Shown here: positions 48,487 through 59,183 of the stretch, one piece after another
Numbering within the stretch: the stretch's first letter is position 1
Layout: every line of letters begins with the position of its first letter
From: an uncultured delta proteobacterium
GTDB lineage: Bacteria > Desulfobacterota > Desulfobacteria > Desulfobacterales > QNYZ01
Assembly (NCBI GenBank): GCA_963845145.1
Contig: CAWJQU010000008.1
Span: forward strand, 538,457 to 602,456
Reading direction: 5' to 3'
DNA: 64,000 nt
Translations under genes and position numbers: made by a program
The notes under the pieces: generated by a model
The model's database searches: none
What the model was told of the DNA's origin: nothing
Seen by the model: the letters and a program-made list of their open reading frames with translations, nothing else

Positions 48487-48885
48487 TTATTTTATAGTAA
48501 GATTTAAGGTAACAGGAATTTTACCAGTATCTTGAACCTTTTTCATTATTGTCATCACCGATAACATAGAAAGATCTTTATTTGTCAACTCCATCACACT
48601 TCCATTTTTCCCATAATCTTTTAGCTTTTTAAGCTCCCATCCCTTACTTATCATAGTATCTTTATAGAATTCTAAAATCTCTTTTTGAGATGCCTTTGAA
48701 ACCTGTATTTCCATCTTAATAACACCCATTTTTTCTTCAGGCATATAGGAATCTATGACTTGAGCACCCTCAAATATAGGAATCTGCTTTTTCATTTTGC
48801 TTAGAATATCACTTTGGCCACAGCCAGTCACAAAAATAAATATCAGGATTATCATATATAAAAAATTGTTAACTATTAATTTCAT
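48487..48885 (-). CDS. Hypothetical lipoprotein
   Basis: Lipobox VTGC; GGAGG RBS; FYKDTMISKGW. Confidence 0.75.
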   Translation of the reverse strand: MKLIVNNFLYMIILIFIFVTGCGQSDILSKMKKQIPIFEGAQVIDSYMPEEKMGVIKMEIQVSKASQKEILEFYKDTMISKGWELKKLKDYGKNGSVMELTNKDLSMLSVMTIMKKVQDTGKIPVTLNLTIK

Positions 48886-49327
48886 TTTTATTCCTCCTTT
48901 TTGAATTAAATTAGGTATTCGATTTTTGAAATTATAGCCTCAATTTAAGAAAATCTCAATCGATAATTTCGATTTTTCAACCTCAACGATGCCAACCAAT
49001 ATTGTAGAAGCACGAGATTTAGGTTTTTCATGGTTCTTAATACAAATATTTTGATAGCCACCTTTTCGAACTAGTCATATGAATGAATTATTAATGATCA
49101 CAAAGTCTCATTTATCTTGACATATTCGTCTGTTTTCTATATATAAACTGAACCTTTCCAAAATAGTTATTTTAAAATTGAGTTTGACGTTAATAACACT
49201 AAGTAACCATATTTTCAAAAAAAATGTACCTAGTAACTTCGCGAAAACTCATTGTATATATAATCCACATATATCTAATATATAATTGTATTATAATTTT
49301 TTTCGGATTTTGAATAGGAGTCATTCT

Positions 49328-52300
49328 ATGAAAGAAATAAAATGCATTAGTAACCGATTATTTTTTCTTCTTTCGATGATAATTATTTCGACATTTGTAT
49401 TCTCATCTAATAATTTATCTTGCGCCGAAAATACAACTATCGAAACTAAAAACTCAATTATATTTAAGATATACTCATTTATGCCTCAACATAAAGTAAT
49501 GGAAAAATATACCCCCTTTTGCGATTATTTAAGCACTTTGCTGAATAAAGAAGTAAAAATATCAATTTTTTCCGAAACGGATGAATTTTTAAAAGCAATT
49601 GGCAACGGAAAATTCGACTTGGCCTTTATAGACTCAATAAATTTTACGAAATTGATAAATACGTATGGCAAACAAAAAATAATCGCCATTATGTCATCGA
49701 ATGACAACCCCTATTTTTTTGAACACATAGTTGTCGCAAAAAATAGTTTATCTAAACAGATTAGGAATTTAAATAATAAGAATATCAAATTTGCTTTTAG
49801 TATGGATCAATCAAAATCAATTATACAGGAGGCCATGTTAGTCGAAGGGGGTGTCAACGAACAATATCTTAAAAACCGTAACTACTATACACCCAAATTT
49901 GCATACGAAGAAATGGCATCAGCACTAGCAAGCGAAGAAAGTAGCGCCGGTTGTATGGATGAATTTTTACTCCGCAAATATAATAACTCTTTAAGATCTA
50001 TTGCAAAAAGCGGCCCGATTCCCGCACCAATGATTATTGCGAATGATTCTTTGCCAAACGAGATAATTAAGAAATTGCAAGAAGCGATTACAAGCCTTCA
50101 CGATCAAGTAAATGGAAAAACAATAATTTCTAATCTAACGAATAATTATAATATGTTTAGCCTTCCAGAGAATATCAAATTTGATTATCTTCAACATATT
50201 CTGAAAAAAGATACTAGTAAAATTCAAACCAGCAAAATGGGACAGGGTATAATGCCATGGGAAAAAGGTAATGGATGCCCGCCATTTTATCTACGAACCG
50301 ATGATGGTCAAATCATCAACCCAAAATCTGAATCAAATTCGGACAAACCATACTCTATCAGACAAACATGTGGTTCTTGCCACGATTATAATAAAATATC
50401 TCAAGGATATCACTTCCAGATGGGCATGAATGAAAGGGAGGGGTTTGACAACAAAAAATACCCATGGAAAATCACACCTGGAATGACGGGAGGGTGGTGA
50501 GTGTTTTCTAATCGCCAGTTGGCGGAAATTAAAAATGATCGTATAGATCAAATGGATCTCACCGCTTTTACCTTTCTGGCTGAAAAGATGGGTCAATACG
50601 ACTCAAAGTTCGATCCAAGTAAGAGCTATCGTCGACCCTGTGGTACGTGTCATGCTGGAGGGGGTATTCTAGAGTTGGACAGAGAAGGCAACCGCTATGA
50701 CAAAAAACTTTCAAACAATCCCGCCTTAACAGAAAGTTTGAACGGAGATTATTACAAAAGTAACTGGGATAAGACAGGTGTTATTGAAGTGGACTGTTTT
50801 ATTTGTCATTTCCAAAATTACGATTACTTAAAACGGCGCGAACAGATACGAATGCTAAACTTTAAGTGGTCATCCGTGGCTGGATCTGGAATAGGCGAGG
50901 TTATCGGATTTGTAGGCAATGGGGACAAACCCGAAGTACAATATAATAAACGACTGTTCGACGAAAATGGGAAAGTTGTATTACCATTTACTCGGAAACC
51001 GGCAACCAGAAATTGTCAGTTTTGTCATTTTTCAATAGATAAGGCCAAGCGAGGCACTACTTTTAATGATCCCATCAATACGTATCCATTGGTAAATGAC
51101 GTGCATAATACAGCGGGCTTACGATGCATCGACTGTCATTTTGGCGGAGAGGATCACAACTTTGCAAAAGGAGATGACAACCATAGCAAAGTACGTGATG
51201 ACCTGGATAACACGATGAAAAACTGTGTTGATTGCCACACGGAAGGGTATAAAGGTGCGCCACGATTAAATCATCGTTTAATTCGAAATGACCACCTCGA
51301 TAAGCTTAGCTGCCAAGCATGCCATATTCCCTTTGTGAGTCGGGTTCCTGTAGGAGCTACAATAAACATTACCGGTCATGCGCTCAAATCTCTTAATTTA
51401 CAATATACGGAAGCGCAAAAAGATAAAATTCGATGGAAACAAATTTTTTACCAAGAAAAAACAAATATCTGGAAGCCAATATATGAAAAAAGAAAAAAGG
51501 GGCATAATAAAGAAGCCAAAATATGGCCGGTCAATCGTATTTTACCCATATTTTTTACAAATAAAGATACGGACGGCATTCATTATCAACTCTTTACCAG
51601 TGAAACAAAGGAAGCCTATGAAGCATTTTGCAAAAAATCTGACTTGAAAAAGGCCACCTCACAAAAGCAGATCGAATTAGAGCAAATTATTTATAGCGCT
51701 AATGACATAAAATTGATGCTTCAAACACTGACGGAGTTTTTAAAAAAGAACAATCGTTTTTCGCAAATCAATCTATTCTACCACAAAGGCGGTTTTCTAT
51801 ATACTTTGGACAAAGATGGTAATGTAACCAAACTAAAAGATGATACGTGGGTTGGGAAACTACCCCCATATTCGATAAGTCATAATGTGGCGCCAGTAAA
51901 TAATGCACTTGGTACCAATGGATGCGATGACTGTCATTCGGAAAAATCAGATATTTTCAACGCACCGGTCGTCACCGATTTAATCGGTGAGAATGGAGAA
52001 ACTGAATACGTCAAGTCCGGTATATTTATCGGTTACAGTTCGATGACGATAGTTTTAAGTAATCTATATGGAAAATTTCTAACCATCATGCCGTTTCTCC
52101 TGACATTTGTTTTTATACTGGTTTTGTTTTTAATGTTTCAATATGGCTATGGAACTGAGGATAAATTACAATCCGTTGAATGGTTGACGACGCATCGTGG
52201 TTCTCTTTCGAAGATCATTTTAACGCTTTTTTTCATCTTTCTTGGTCACATATTCATTTTTATCAAATCGGGAATGATTAGTGTCTTTTTTAGTTTATAT

Positions 52301-52642
52301 AAAAAAGCCGCTGTTTATTCTGGAGCAACGGGGCTGGTATTGATGATCATTGGTGTTGTTACCTTTTTTCTGTGGACTAAAAATATGAGGCTTACAATAA
52401 GCAAAACTCGATGGCTGAGCCGATATATTCCGGATGATGATCGTGTGCTGTCATCTAAAATGATCAGTATATTCGCCATCTTTGTAGCCATTAGCGGCAT
52501 CGTTCTCCTAATAAATATTCAATACAGACTAACGCCGGCCGTGATGTTCTCAACATCGATCATACATGGAATTGCCGCAGTTTTCCTGATCATTTTCCTA
52601 TTGTTTAATATTGCATTAAAAATATGCGAGGAAAGAAGATAA
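49328..52642 (+). CDS. Putative selenoprotein: PhnD-like solute-binding domain + octaheme c-type cytochrome + membrane domain (TGA 50498-50500 read as Sec)
   Basis: AGGAG RBS before ATG 49328; one frame with a single TGA; 8 CXXCH motifs (1 before, 7 after the TGA); SECIS-like hairpin; ~5 C-terminal TM helices. Confidence 0.75.
50501..50535 (+). promoter_or_regulatory. Candidate bacterial SECIS element
   Basis: TTTT-C-TAAT-CGCCA-GT-TGGCG-GAA-ATTA-AAAA hairpin; apical GU begins 17 nt after the UGA. Confidence 0.65.
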
Positions 52643-52753
52643 GATAAAAGCGATGATGTTGGAAATAGATTCATCCTTTGGCCATTTATTAGCTGCCTAT
52701 TTCAAGTCTAACATAACAATATTTTTATTATTCATGCAAAGAGAGTAAAAACA

Positions 52754-55159
52754 ATGTTCTCTTTTAGAACGAAAATAGAAAACCAATTTGAATCTTTGGC
52801 TAAAATAATTTGCCATCGGCCCTGGATAATACTAACAACTGTATTTGTCGTAATAGTTGTTTTAGCAATGCAGGTTTCCAAATTAACCATGGATACTTCA
52901 AGCGAGGGGATGTTTCATAAAAATGATCCGATAGTTCGATCATACTATGAATTCAGAGAACAATTTGGCCGTGATGAAATGGTTGTTATTGCTATCCAGC
53001 CAAAAAATATTTTTGATCTTTCCTTTTTAAAACAACTTGAAAAACTACATTATGAATTGGAAGAAAATGTCCCCTATCTTTATGACATAACCTCGCTTAT
53101 CAATGTCCGCAATACCTATGGGGTCAAAGGTGGTATTGTGGTCGATGATCTATTAAGGGAAATGCCTGATGGCTCGGCGGTATCCATGAATCAATTAAAA
53201 ACCCGCGTTTTATCCAATCCGCTTTACCTAAACAGGTTTATTTCTAAGGATGGAAAAATAACCGCGATAGTTCTCGAAACCAATAATTATTCAAGCCTTA
53301 ATCAAAAGGATAATAATACGGATTTTTTTGCAACGAAAACCGAATCAGGAAAAAATACAGAAAAAAAATATTTAACCGAAAAGGAAAACTCTCAGATAGT
53401 TAACGCTGTTAAAAAGATTTTATCCAAATACCAATCCAATGACTTAAAAATTTTCCTTGCCGGTTCGCCAGTGGCCCGAGATACTTTTACCCGAGCTATG
53501 AAAAAGGATTTTAAAAAGTTTATCGGGTTATCCGTTATTATTATAGGTGTTTTCCTTGCAGTCATGTTTCGCCGTGTTTCTGGAGTATTCCTTCCTTTAA
53601 TTATCGTTATCCTGTCACTGATATCCACGCTTGGCTTTATAGGACTTATGGGGATTCATGTTAGTATGCCGACGTTAATATTGCCGTCTCTTTTATTGGT
53701 AATCGGAATCGGAGACTGCGTCCATCTATTGGCTATGTTTTACAAAAAGTTAGAAACCAAGGATAAAGTTGCATCTATTATCCATGCATTACGCCACTCG
53801 GGATTTCCTGTTGTTATTACAAGTTTAACAACCATGGCAGGTTTATCTTCATTTGCTTTTGCGGAAGTTGCCCCTATAAGCCATCTGGGCATCTATTCAA
53901 GCATCGGAATTCTACTCGCCATGCTTTACTCTCTTGTTCTCTTGCCGGCTTTCCTAATAATACTACCTGTTAAATCGGCTCAAAAAAAACAAGATCGTCA
54001 CGATTTTATGGATAACGTGTTAGATAATATTGCTAACCTTTCTGTGAAATATACAAAATTAATCGTATATGGCGGTATTATTTTGGTTATGGCCTTTGCT
54101 ATTGGGATCAGCAGGTTTCACTTCTCCCATGATCAGTTATCATGGTTACCAAAAAACTCACCCATTAGAAAATCTACTTTAAAAATTGATAAAGAACTTA
54201 ATGGCACGGTTACAGTAGAAGTTATCGTGGACACTGGCAGGGAAAATGGTCTTTATGACATGTCTGTTTTAAAAAATCTGGAAAACCTTACCGATAAAAT
54301 CGGACAATTAAAAAATGGGGATATTTTTGCTGGAAAAATTATTTCCGTAGTAGACATACTTAAAGAAATAAATCAGGCACTACACGAAAACAATTCGAAA
54401 CATTATATGATTCCTCAAAATTCGAAACTGATTCCACAGGAATTTTTACTATTCGAAAATTCCGGATCTGATGATTTAGAGGATGTTATCGATTCCAATT
54501 TTCGTATAGCTCGGTTTACAATAAAAACACCATGGGCTGATGCCTATCAGTATGTTCCTTTTTTAAAAGAGATCGAAGCACACTTTCGTGATACTTTTGG
54601 AACCAGCGCAAAAATTACAGTTACCGGCATGATGGCTCTATATAACGGTGCATTTTTGGCCGCGATTCAGTCAGCGTCTATAAGCTATGTCTTTGCGTTT
54701 AGTATCATCAGTATTATAATCATATTTTTAGCCGGAAGGTTACAAACGGGAATCATTTGTTTGATTCCAAATTTTGCTCCCATAATCATAACAATGGGTT
54801 TAATGGGATGGCTCGGTATTTCCTTGGACATGTTTTCTATGATGGTCGGTTCCGTTGCCATTGGCATTGTCGTAGACGATACGATTCATTTTGTATATAA
54901 TTTCAAACGATATTTTCAGGAATCAGGCAATGTGCAATTGGCAATACATCAAACCATCAAGACTACTGGAAGGGCTATGCTTATCACAAGTGTGGTTCTT
55001 TCGCTAGGTTTTTTTGTATATCTTTTGGCCGTGATGAATAATTTATTTTACTTCGGCTTATTAACGGGTATTACTGTTTTACTCGCTCTTTTAGCAGATT
55101 TTATTTTTCTTCCCGCTCTTATTAACTTTTTTCCATCATTTTCAAAAACTGTAAAATAA
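52754..55159 (+). CDS. MMPL/RND family transporter
   Basis: Two TM bundles, IGIGDCVH, TSLTTMAG, GIVVDDTIH. Confidence 0.9.
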   Translation: MFSFRTKIENQFESLAKIICHRPWIILTTVFVVIVVLAMQVSKLTMDTSSEGMFHKNDPIVRSYYEFREQFGRDEMVVIAIQPKNIFDLSFLKQLEKLHYELEENVPYLYDITSLINVRNTYGVKGGIVVDDLLREMPDGSAVSMNQLKTRVLSNPLYLNRFISKDGKITAIVLETNNYSSLNQKDNNTDFFATKTESGKNTEKKYLTEKENSQIVNAVKKILSKYQSNDLKIFLAGSPVARDTFTRAMKKDFKKFIGLSVIIIGVFLAVMFRRVSGVFLPLIIVILSLISTLGFIGLMGIHVSMPTLILPSLLLVIGIGDCVHLLAMFYKKLETKDKVASIIHALRHSGFPVVITSLTTMAGLSSFAFAEVAPISHLGIYSSIGILLAMLYSLVLLPAFLIILPVKSAQKKQDRHDFMDNVLDNIANLSVKYTKLIVYGGIILVMAFAIGISRFHFSHDQLSWLPKNSPIRKSTLKIDKELNGTVTVEVIVDTGRENGLYDMSVLKNLENLTDKIGQLKNGDIFAGKIISVVDILKEINQALHENNSKHYMIPQNSKLIPQEFLLFENSGSDDLEDVIDSNFRIARFTIKTPWADAYQYVPFLKEIEAHFRDTFGTSAKITVTGMMALYNGAFLAAIQSASISYVFAFSIISIIIIFLAGRLQTGIICLIPNFAPIIITMGLMGWLGISLDMFSMMVGSVAIGIVVDDTIHFVYNFKRYFQESGNVQLAIHQTIKTTGRAMLITSVVLSLGFFVYLLAVMNNLFYFGLLTGITVLLALLADFIFLPALINFFPSFSKTVK

Positions 55160-55169
55160 GAGGTATCGA

Positions 55170-56012
55170 ATGGACAGACTAAGTACCGGTAAAATGTTTG
55201 TTTTTCTGATTTTTTTTTGTTTTTTCATCTCCCTGCTTTTTATTTCCAACAGTAATAATGCTGAAGCCGCCTCAGCTGCGGAAATTATGAATACTGTATA
55301 TTCGCGAGACGATGGAAATAACATGATCAGCCATATGGAATTGACGTTAATTGATAAACGGGGTCAAAAACGTATTCGCAACATGCGAATGTATAAAAAG
55401 GACAAGGGTGTAGATACTTTAAAAATATTATTATTCGTAGGCCCGGAAGAAGTGAAAGGGATTGGATTTTTAGCCTATGACTATCTTGATATGAATAAAA
55501 CCGATGATATGTGGCTATTTCTTCCTGAATTAGACCAAACCTTAAGAATTGATTCATCGGACACATCCTCCCCTTTCATGGGCAGTGACTTCAGTTATGC
55601 GGATCTGACCAAAAAGGTTGCGGCTGATTGGAAGCATAAAATTTTAGGTGAAGAAGTTATTAACGATATAAAGATGTGGATTATTGAAGAAAAACCGGTA
55701 AATAAAACTGTGGAAGATTATCACGGGTATATTAAATCAATCAATTATGTCGGCCAGCACAACTATGTTATTTATAGAGCTATCCGTTGGCTAAAAAGGG
55801 GGAAGCGGGTTAAATATTTTGAAGCCCAAAGAGTTGAGCAAATTGACGGTATTTGGACAAAAACCCTCATCCACGGAAAAATGACCAAAAACAACAAGGT
55901 AATCCATCAAAGTATTTTTAAACACCTTGATGTGAAATACAACCAAGAATTAAATGAAAAAATGTTTACGACGGAACAATTAAAAAAATATGATTATATC
56001 GATATCGAATAG
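55170..56012 (+). CDS. LolA-like outer-membrane lipoprotein-sorting protein
   Basis: DDMWLFLP, FMGSDFSYADL, QIDGIW; typical partner of MMPL genes. Confidence 0.85.
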   Translation: MDRLSTGKMFVFLIFFCFFISLLFISNSNNAEAASAAEIMNTVYSRDDGNNMISHMELTLIDKRGQKRIRNMRMYKKDKGVDTLKILLFVGPEEVKGIGFLAYDYLDMNKTDDMWLFLPELDQTLRIDSSDTSSPFMGSDFSYADLTKKVAADWKHKILGEEVINDIKMWIIEEKPVNKTVEDYHGYIKSINYVGQHNYVIYRAIRWLKRGKRVKYFEAQRVEQIDGIWTKTLIHGKMTKNNKVIHQSIFKHLDVKYNQELNEKMFTTEQLKKYDYIDIE

Positions 56013-56063
56013 TGTTTTTCCTTGACATGCCAGTAACGTCGGCATTTTTAGTAACCAAATGTT

Positions 56064-59000
56064 TTAATTTTCGTCAACGGAAGCGATAAGGTTAAAATCA
56101 CTTAGAATCGTATAAAAGGCGGGAATAACAAGGAGAACCAGTATCGTAGATGCAATAAGTCCGAATACGAGGCTTGCTGCCAAGGGAATAAGTATCTGAG
56201 CCTGTAGACTTTTTTCGGTGAGCAGAGGGAGCAACCCCATGATGGTCGTTAATGAAGTAAGGAGTATGGCCCTGAATCTTTGTCTGCTGGCGGTTTTTGC
56301 CGCTGTTGCCCCATCTTCACCAACAGCAAGCCTGAGTTTTATAAAAGTAACCAGCAAGATAGAGTCATTGACCACAATCCCCGACAGAGATACGAACCCC
56401 ATGATGCTTGGCATAGAGAGTTCCAACCCCATAAAGAGGTGCCCCCAGATAACACCGATAAAGGATAGGGGAATAGCCATGATAACGACTAGTGATTCAA
56501 TGTAGCTTCTGAATTGAAAGCTAAGCAGCACAAAAATCCCGAAAATGCCAAATAACAGGGATTTTCGCATTGAAGCGCCTGTTTTTTGACCTTCTTTGGA
56601 TTGCCCTTCTAACAACACTTTAATATCAGGATAGCGCTTGTTGAACTCTGGTAAAAATCGTGTTCTGGTGTCAAAGATAATCTGGTTCGAATTGGCAACC
56701 TTAGTATCCACATCACCTTGGATGGTAATTGTTCGCATGGAATTAATCCGGTAAATACAGCTGAAACCACGGTCATACGAAAGATAAGCAACGGTCCCTA
56801 GTGGGATATGATTACCGGATTTGGTTGTAATATGAAAACGTTCAAGGTCAGACAAGCTGTCCTTATCCGCAAACGGCAGACCCACATTGATCTCATATGA
56901 CTCCGAACCCACCTGGACTTCGGCGGCTGTTTTTCCTTGAAAGGCTGCCCGAAGTTGGTTGGCCACGGATGACGCGTCTATTCCTAAGGATGTGGCCCCC
57001 TCTCTTAGTTTAACGCGGATTTCAGGTTTTCCAGGACGTAGATCATCATTCAGATCCTGCACACCTTCATATGAATGCAACCAGTGCATCATATCGAGCG
57101 ATGCCTGTTTGATCTGGTTAAGGTCTTCGCCCTGCAATCGAATATCAATTGGCAGCCCTCCTGATCCCCGGACCGGTTCCTTGTATGTAATATTTAATAT
57201 GTCGGGAATAACGCCAACCGCTTTACGCCATCGGTTAGCCACGTCATCAAGGTCCGCGTTTCTCTCTTCTGCTCCAAGGAGGTCAGCAGATACCGTGGCG
57301 ACGTGTGAGCCGGATTCAAGTGCATCTAAATTCTGATTAAACTGGGTATTAACGTTCTGTATTAAAGGTTTTTCTCCCGGCTGAAGAGGTGTATATTTCT
57401 GATTGACTATCTGCAAGGCATCCGTTACTTGCTGAACAACGGCTTCAGTGCGCCATAGGGGTGTTCCCTGCGGAAGCAAAATACGGGCTTCAAGAACATC
57501 TCCGTCAATATCCGGAAAAGCCCGTGTTTTTAAAATACCTCCGGCAAGCATGGCCACGGATACAAAAAACACAGCGATAACTATTCCAGTAAAAAAATAC
57601 CGCCAAGATACGGCCCAGTCTACGAGCCTTCCCAATGCATTCTCTCTAATTTTCTCTATTAAAGTCTCAAACCGCCTGCGTAATCGACCAGGTTGATTCA
57701 GGTCAGAATCCTTCAGAGAGTGAGCGAGATGGTTGGGAAGAATTAAAAACGCTTCAACCAGGCTAACACTCAAGGTAATAATAAGCGTAACGGGCATAAC
57801 CCACATCACCTTACCAATATCACCCTCTATAAGGAGGGCTAATGAACCGAAAATAAAAATAGTCGTGAAAAAAGAGGAAAGAACACCCGTTCGTACCTCT
57901 GTCACACCGTCGACGGTCGCGGTAAGAGGTGGCTTTCCCTTTTGGATATGGCTGGCAATGTTCTCGGCAATAACAATCGCATCATCCATTAATAAACCCA
58001 CAGCGATGAGAAGCCCTACCATGGTAAATACGTTAAGGGAAAAATTGATAAGATGTATGACAAAAATAGTGCCGAGAAAGGAAACGGGTAACCCCATCGC
58101 CACCCAAAATGAAAACCGAAAAGAGAAAAAAAGCCACATTGTCAAGAAAACCAGAATCAGACCTTCCAAAGCATTGATAACGAGTATATTCAGACGATCT
58201 GATATAACTTTTGAGACATTCCGAGTTATGGTGAACTCAACACCAGGCCCTACCATCTGACGCTCTCGATCCAAAAAATCCCCTACGGCGTGCATGATTC
58301 GAAGTGCATCTTGGGATTTGGTTTTATTGATCTGTAACAATCCCGCACGTTTTTGATTAAAAATAATTTTCTGTTCATCAAGTTCAAACCGATCTGTAAT
58401 TATTGAGATATCTCCTATACGAAGTTCGGCACCCGTTTCTCCGGAAACAACAATGAGATCTTCAATTTCATGGATAGAGCGGCGTTCATCGGCGTACCTA
58501 ACAAGCACTTCGGTTTCCCTCGTTTCAATAGTGCCGAATGGAATGTTAATGCTTTGCCGGGCGATCGTTTCCGCAATATCAGAGATAGTTAGGCCAAACT
58601 GCATCAAAGTGGCTGCGGATATTTCGATTCTGATTTGATGGTCAGAAAAGCCGAGAATATCCACTCGATTGATCTCGCCTGTTTTTAACATGCGGTCCTT
58701 GACTTGCTCACAAAATAATTTCAGGTGGGGAACCGACATGGGCCCTGTAACAGCGACAGCCAAAACCATATCTGTTTTTCCAATTTGTCTAATGACTGGT
58801 AGCTCTGCTTCGCTTGGAAAATCATTGATGGCCTCCACTTCCGTTTTTACGTCGTTTATGAAACCATGGATGTTACCTCCGTCCGCCATCTTCACCACGA
58901 CACGCCCCCGGCCCTCACGGGCTTCGCTACGTATCTCAATGGCATCACTGACACTATCCAAAGCGTCCTCTATGCGTCTGCAGATAGCATTTTCAACCTC

Positions 59001-59183
59001 TTCGGCTGTGGCGCCGGTGTAGTTTACTAAAACTTCACATTCAGTGGGTGTAAAGTCTGGAAATGTTTCTCTCCGCAGATCGCCGACTGTGAAAAATCCA
59101 AATATAATAAAAATAGCCATCAGAAGGTTGGCGGCAGTGGGATGGGATGCAAAATAATTTATCCAGAAAGCCGGCGCTCTCAT
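56064..59183 (-). CDS. RND efflux permease (AcrB/AcrD/AcrF family)
   Basis: HPTAANLLM, GLLMDDAIVIAEN, GIVVNDSI, RFRAILLTSLTT. Confidence 0.95.
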   Translation of the reverse strand: MRAPAFWINYFASHPTAANLLMAIFIIFGFFTVGDLRRETFPDFTPTECEVLVNYTGATAEEVENAICRRIEDALDSVSDAIEIRSEAREGRGRVVVKMADGGNIHGFINDVKTEVEAINDFPSEAELPVIRQIGKTDMVLAVAVTGPMSVPHLKLFCEQVKDRMLKTGEINRVDILGFSDHQIRIEISAATLMQFGLTISDIAETIARQSINIPFGTIETRETEVLVRYADERRSIHEIEDLIVVSGETGAELRIGDISIITDRFELDEQKIIFNQKRAGLLQINKTKSQDALRIMHAVGDFLDRERQMVGPGVEFTITRNVSKVISDRLNILVINALEGLILVFLTMWLFFSFRFSFWVAMGLPVSFLGTIFVIHLINFSLNVFTMVGLLIAVGLLMDDAIVIAENIASHIQKGKPPLTATVDGVTEVRTGVLSSFFTTIFIFGSLALLIEGDIGKVMWVMPVTLIITLSVSLVEAFLILPNHLAHSLKDSDLNQPGRLRRRFETLIEKIRENALGRLVDWAVSWRYFFTGIVIAVFFVSVAMLAGGILKTRAFPDIDGDVLEARILLPQGTPLWRTEAVVQQVTDALQIVNQKYTPLQPGEKPLIQNVNTQFNQNLDALESGSHVATVSADLLGAEERNADLDDVANRWRKAVGVIPDILNITYKEPVRGSGGLPIDIRLQGEDLNQIKQASLDMMHWLHSYEGVQDLNDDLRPGKPEIRVKLREGATSLGIDASSVANQLRAAFQGKTAAEVQVGSESYEINVGLPFADKDSLSDLERFHITTKSGNHIPLGTVAYLSYDRGFSCIYRINSMRTITIQGDVDTKVANSNQIIFDTRTRFLPEFNKRYPDIKVLLEGQSKEGQKTGASMRKSLLFGIFGIFVLLSFQFRSYIESLVVIMAIPLSFIGVIWGHLFMGLELSMPSIMGFVSLSGIVVNDSILLVTFIKLRLAVGEDGATAAKTASRQRFRAILLTSLTTIMGLLPLLTEKSLQAQILIPLAASLVFGLIASTILVLLVIPAFYTILSDFNLIASVDEN

